This document shows, piece by piece, positions 13,729 to 15,523 of a DNA stretch of 15,523 bases (position 1 is the first letter of the stretch; every line of letters starts with the position of its first letter). The translations under genes and the position numbers were made by a program. Below the pieces are notes generated by a model. The model searched no databases. It was not told the origin of the DNA and saw only the letters and a program-made list of their open reading frames with translations. The stretch comes from Syntrophaceae bacterium UBA6112 (GTDB taxonomy: Bacteria > Desulfobacterota > Syntrophia > Syntrophales > UBA5619), in assembly GCA_002423465.1 (NCBI GenBank), contig DIWG01000022.1:41833-57355 (forward strand). Reading direction: 5' to 3'.

Positions 13729-14927
13729 CAGCCAAGGCCCTCCCCGTCACGGCGATCATCGAACCCATCGATTGTCGCGGGGCCTGCGGCGCCGACTGCC
13801 GCCGAATCGGCACGATAGTCGCGGCTGTAAAACAGGAAAGGCACCCGCCGCTGCGCAAAATAGTCCCGGGCCGTCCGGGCCGTCTCGTCCTTGTCGAGCG
13901 AGAAATAGAGGCAACTGACCCCCCAGGGCATCCTCAGATGAAGGCAGAACGTCTCGATGAGCCCCAGGGACGGCTCCATCCGCATTCTGGCAAGCGCTTC
14001 GAGCAGGATGGCGAGCTGGCGAGGATTTCTCGTCACCGGCACGATGGATGAAGCTGCCCCCGCCATCCGGCCGTTCGTGGCCAGCCCCACGGCGCAGCCG
14101 CGTTCGGCGAGCCGAACGGCCACCGATGCAACCGTTTCCAGCATGCGATCGAACGCCTCCTCCGCCCCGTTTTGCGCGAATGCGCCGACATCGACGACGA
14201 GCAGGATCTTCTCCTGCGCCGAGGGCTCGAAAATCTTCTCCTGCAGCTTGTGATGGCGTGCGGTCGCCTTCCAGTGGATGTATTTCGCGGGCCGTCCGTG
14301 CTGGTAGTCCCGGGTGCCGAGGATGTAGACGGGGTCGTCCACGGGGCTCTCGGACCCCGGAATGCCGAAGAAATCGCGCCGCGGCAGCGAAAGCGTCTTG
14401 AGCGGAATGAGGCGGGGATAGACCACCACCTCGATCGTTTCGGCCATCTCCTTCTTCTTCAGGAAGAAGCCGAACAGATCGCCCGTGATAAGGCCGATCG
14501 GCCCGATTCTGTGGATTCCCCTGCGCAGTGCGGTGAGCTCCCATTGGAAGCTCGCCTTCTGATACCACAGCAGGCCGGTTTCAGCCTTGACCGCGGTTCC
14601 GGCGCCATCGCCATGGATGAGGCCGCCGACGGGCGCCCGGACCTCCAGCCGCACGGGGAGGATTTTTCTGTTTTCCGCCGTCGCCTTTAGAACGAGCTTT
14701 TCGCCGGGAAACACCCTGCGCCTGTCGAGGCCGACACCGCATTCGATGCCGGCCAGGCTCCACCGGCTCCAGAGTTTCGCCCCGGCGGCGACCCCGAGAA
14801 GGGTGAGGCAGAGCACCGTGAGGTCCCGCTGGCCGTTGAGCAGGGCCATGAAGAGAAAGAGGCCGGCAAAGGCCAGCACGAGCGGGACAAAAAAAAGCGA
14901 GGGCAGCGGGCGATCGGCGTCGTTCAT
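13728..14927 (-). CDS. DUF58 family protein (MoxR-associated, VWA-like); ATG at 14925-14927 preferred, alternative GTG at 14937-14939 overlapping the moxR stop
   Basis: There are two N-terminal TM helices. The conserved DUF58 motif is …VYILGTRDYQHGRPAKYIHWKATARHHKLQ… (GxRxYxxGDxxRxIdWKAtAR-like). A GAGGGAG Shine-Dalgarno lies immediately before the ATG at 14927. Confidence 0.85.
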   Translation of the reverse strand: MNDADRPLPSLFFVPLVLAFAGLFLFMALLNGQRDLTVLCLTLLGVAAGAKLWSRWSLAGIECGVGLDRRRVFPGEKLVLKATAENRKILPVRLEVRAPVGGLIHGDGAGTAVKAETGLLWYQKASFQWELTALRRGIHRIGPIGLITGDLFGFFLKKKEMAETIEVVVYPRLIPLKTLSLPRRDFFGIPGSESPVDDPVYILGTRDYQHGRPAKYIHWKATARHHKLQEKIFEPSAQEKILLVVDVGAFAQNGAEEAFDRMLETVASVAVRLAERGCAVGLATNGRMAGAASSIVPVTRNPRQLAILLEALARMRMEPSLGLIETFCLHLRMPWGVSCLYFSLDKDETARTARDYFAQRRVPFLFYSRDYRADSAAVGAAGPATIDGFDDRRDGEGLG

Positions 14928-14935
14928 CGTCTCCC

Positions 14936-15523
14936 TCACGCGCCGGGAGCGGGCACGGGGATCTGACGGACGATCTCTTCGAGGAGCGGCTCCTGGTTCT
15001 CCCCCCGCAGCCGCTCCTCTTCCTTGAGGATCAGGCGGTGCGCCAGGACGGGCACGGCCAGGGTCTTGATGTCGTCGGGAAGCACATAATCCCGGTCGCG
15101 GAGCGCCGCCCAGGCCTGGCCGGCGCGCATAAGGCTCAGCGAACCCCGCGGACTTGCGCCGAGCCGCAGAGAAGGACTGCGGCGGGTCGCGCTCACGATG
15201 GCCGTGATGTACTCCTTCACGGGCATGGATATGCGGATCTTCTTGCGGGCCTCCTGCAATCCGGCAATCTGTTCGGGGGTCGCCACGGGCGCCAGTTCCC
15301 GCAGCGGGTCCTTCTCCCGGAAGCGTTCGAGGATCGCGATCTCCTCCTGCTGATCCGGATAACCCAGCCGGATGCGCAGCAGGAACCGGTCGAGCTGCGC
15401 CTCGGGCAGGGGAAAGGTTCCCTCGAGCTCGATCGGATTCTGGGTCGCCATGACGAAAAAGGGATGGGGCAGGCCGTATGTTTTCCCGTCCACCGTGACC
15501 TGGCGCTCCTCCATGCTCTCCAG
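14936..15523 (-). CDS. MoxR-family AAA+ ATPase, C-terminal about 195 codons; 5' end lies beyond the window
   Basis: The translation …LESMEERQVTVDGKTYGLPHPFFVMATQNPIELEGTFPLPEAQLDRFLLRIRLGYP… is the conserved MoxR sensor-2/C-terminal region. The reading frame is open to the window end. Confidence 0.9.
   Translation of the reverse strand: MESMEERQVTVDGKTYGLPHPFFVMATQNPIELEGTFPLPEAQLDRFLLRIRLGYPDQQEEIAILERFREKDPLRELAPVATPEQIAGLQEARKKIRISMPVKEYITAIVSATRRSPSLRLGASPRGSLSLMRAGQAWAALRDRDYVLPDDIKTLAVPVLAHRLILKEEERLRGENQEPLLEEIVRQIPVPAPGA

Noticed and set aside
1-15523. tRNA, rRNA, CRISPR, transposase/integrase, phage genes, toxin-antitoxin pairs
   Set aside because: No cloverleaf-like sequence or conserved tRNA boxes appear in any intergenic region. 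There are no direct repeat-spacer arrays. No ORF resembles a transposase, recombinase or phage structural protein. The segment looks like core chromosome.

Overview
GC-rich bacterial chromosomal segment, probably from an anaerobe given the class III ribonucleotide reductase. There are no tRNA or rRNA genes, no CRISPR array, and no transposase or integrase, so this does not look like an obvious mobile island. Thirteen protein-coding genes fall into five tightly packed units.

(i) Minus strand, 1-2100: a heat-shock operon gmhA-like SIS isomerase -> grpE -> dnaK (dnaK runs off the window). It is driven by a near-consensus sigma70 promoter, TTGACA-17-TATATT. The promoter sits inside a ~59-bp AT-rich imperfect inverted repeat that is neither CIRCE nor HAIR.

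(ii) Minus strand, 2206-5711: an HD-domain (SAMHD1/COG1078-like) dNTP triphosphohydrolase, closely followed by (start/stop overlap or 8-nt gap, depending on which start codon is real) an ATP-cone class III anaerobic ribonucleotide reductase (NrdD-like). No NrdG activase is present in the window.

(iii) Plus strand, 5857-8251: a YdjI/COG4260-type SPFH (band-7) protein whose C-terminus carries three and a half CPxCG zinc ribbons. It is followed 1 nt later, from a GTG start, by a ~410-aa protein of unknown function built from two internally duplicated halves, each beginning with a CxxC...CxxC zinc ribbon. This is the most novel-looking module.

(iv) Plus strand, 8252-12167: a Fur-box-like AT-rich dyad overlapping a putative promoter, then a long leader, then a fused YddA/SbmA-BacA/ABCD-type ABC transporter. 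Downstream is a translationally coupled DUF169-like protein and a Zn-dependent (MDR) alcohol dehydrogenase.

(v) Minus strand, 12325-15523: a MoxR AAA+ ATPase (5' part outside the window) -> DUF58 -> polytopic membrane protein with C-terminal DUF4129-like domain. The start and stop codons of adjacent genes overlap.

All family assignments are from reading the translations, not from database searches. The many long ORFs in other frames or antisense are GC-driven shadows.
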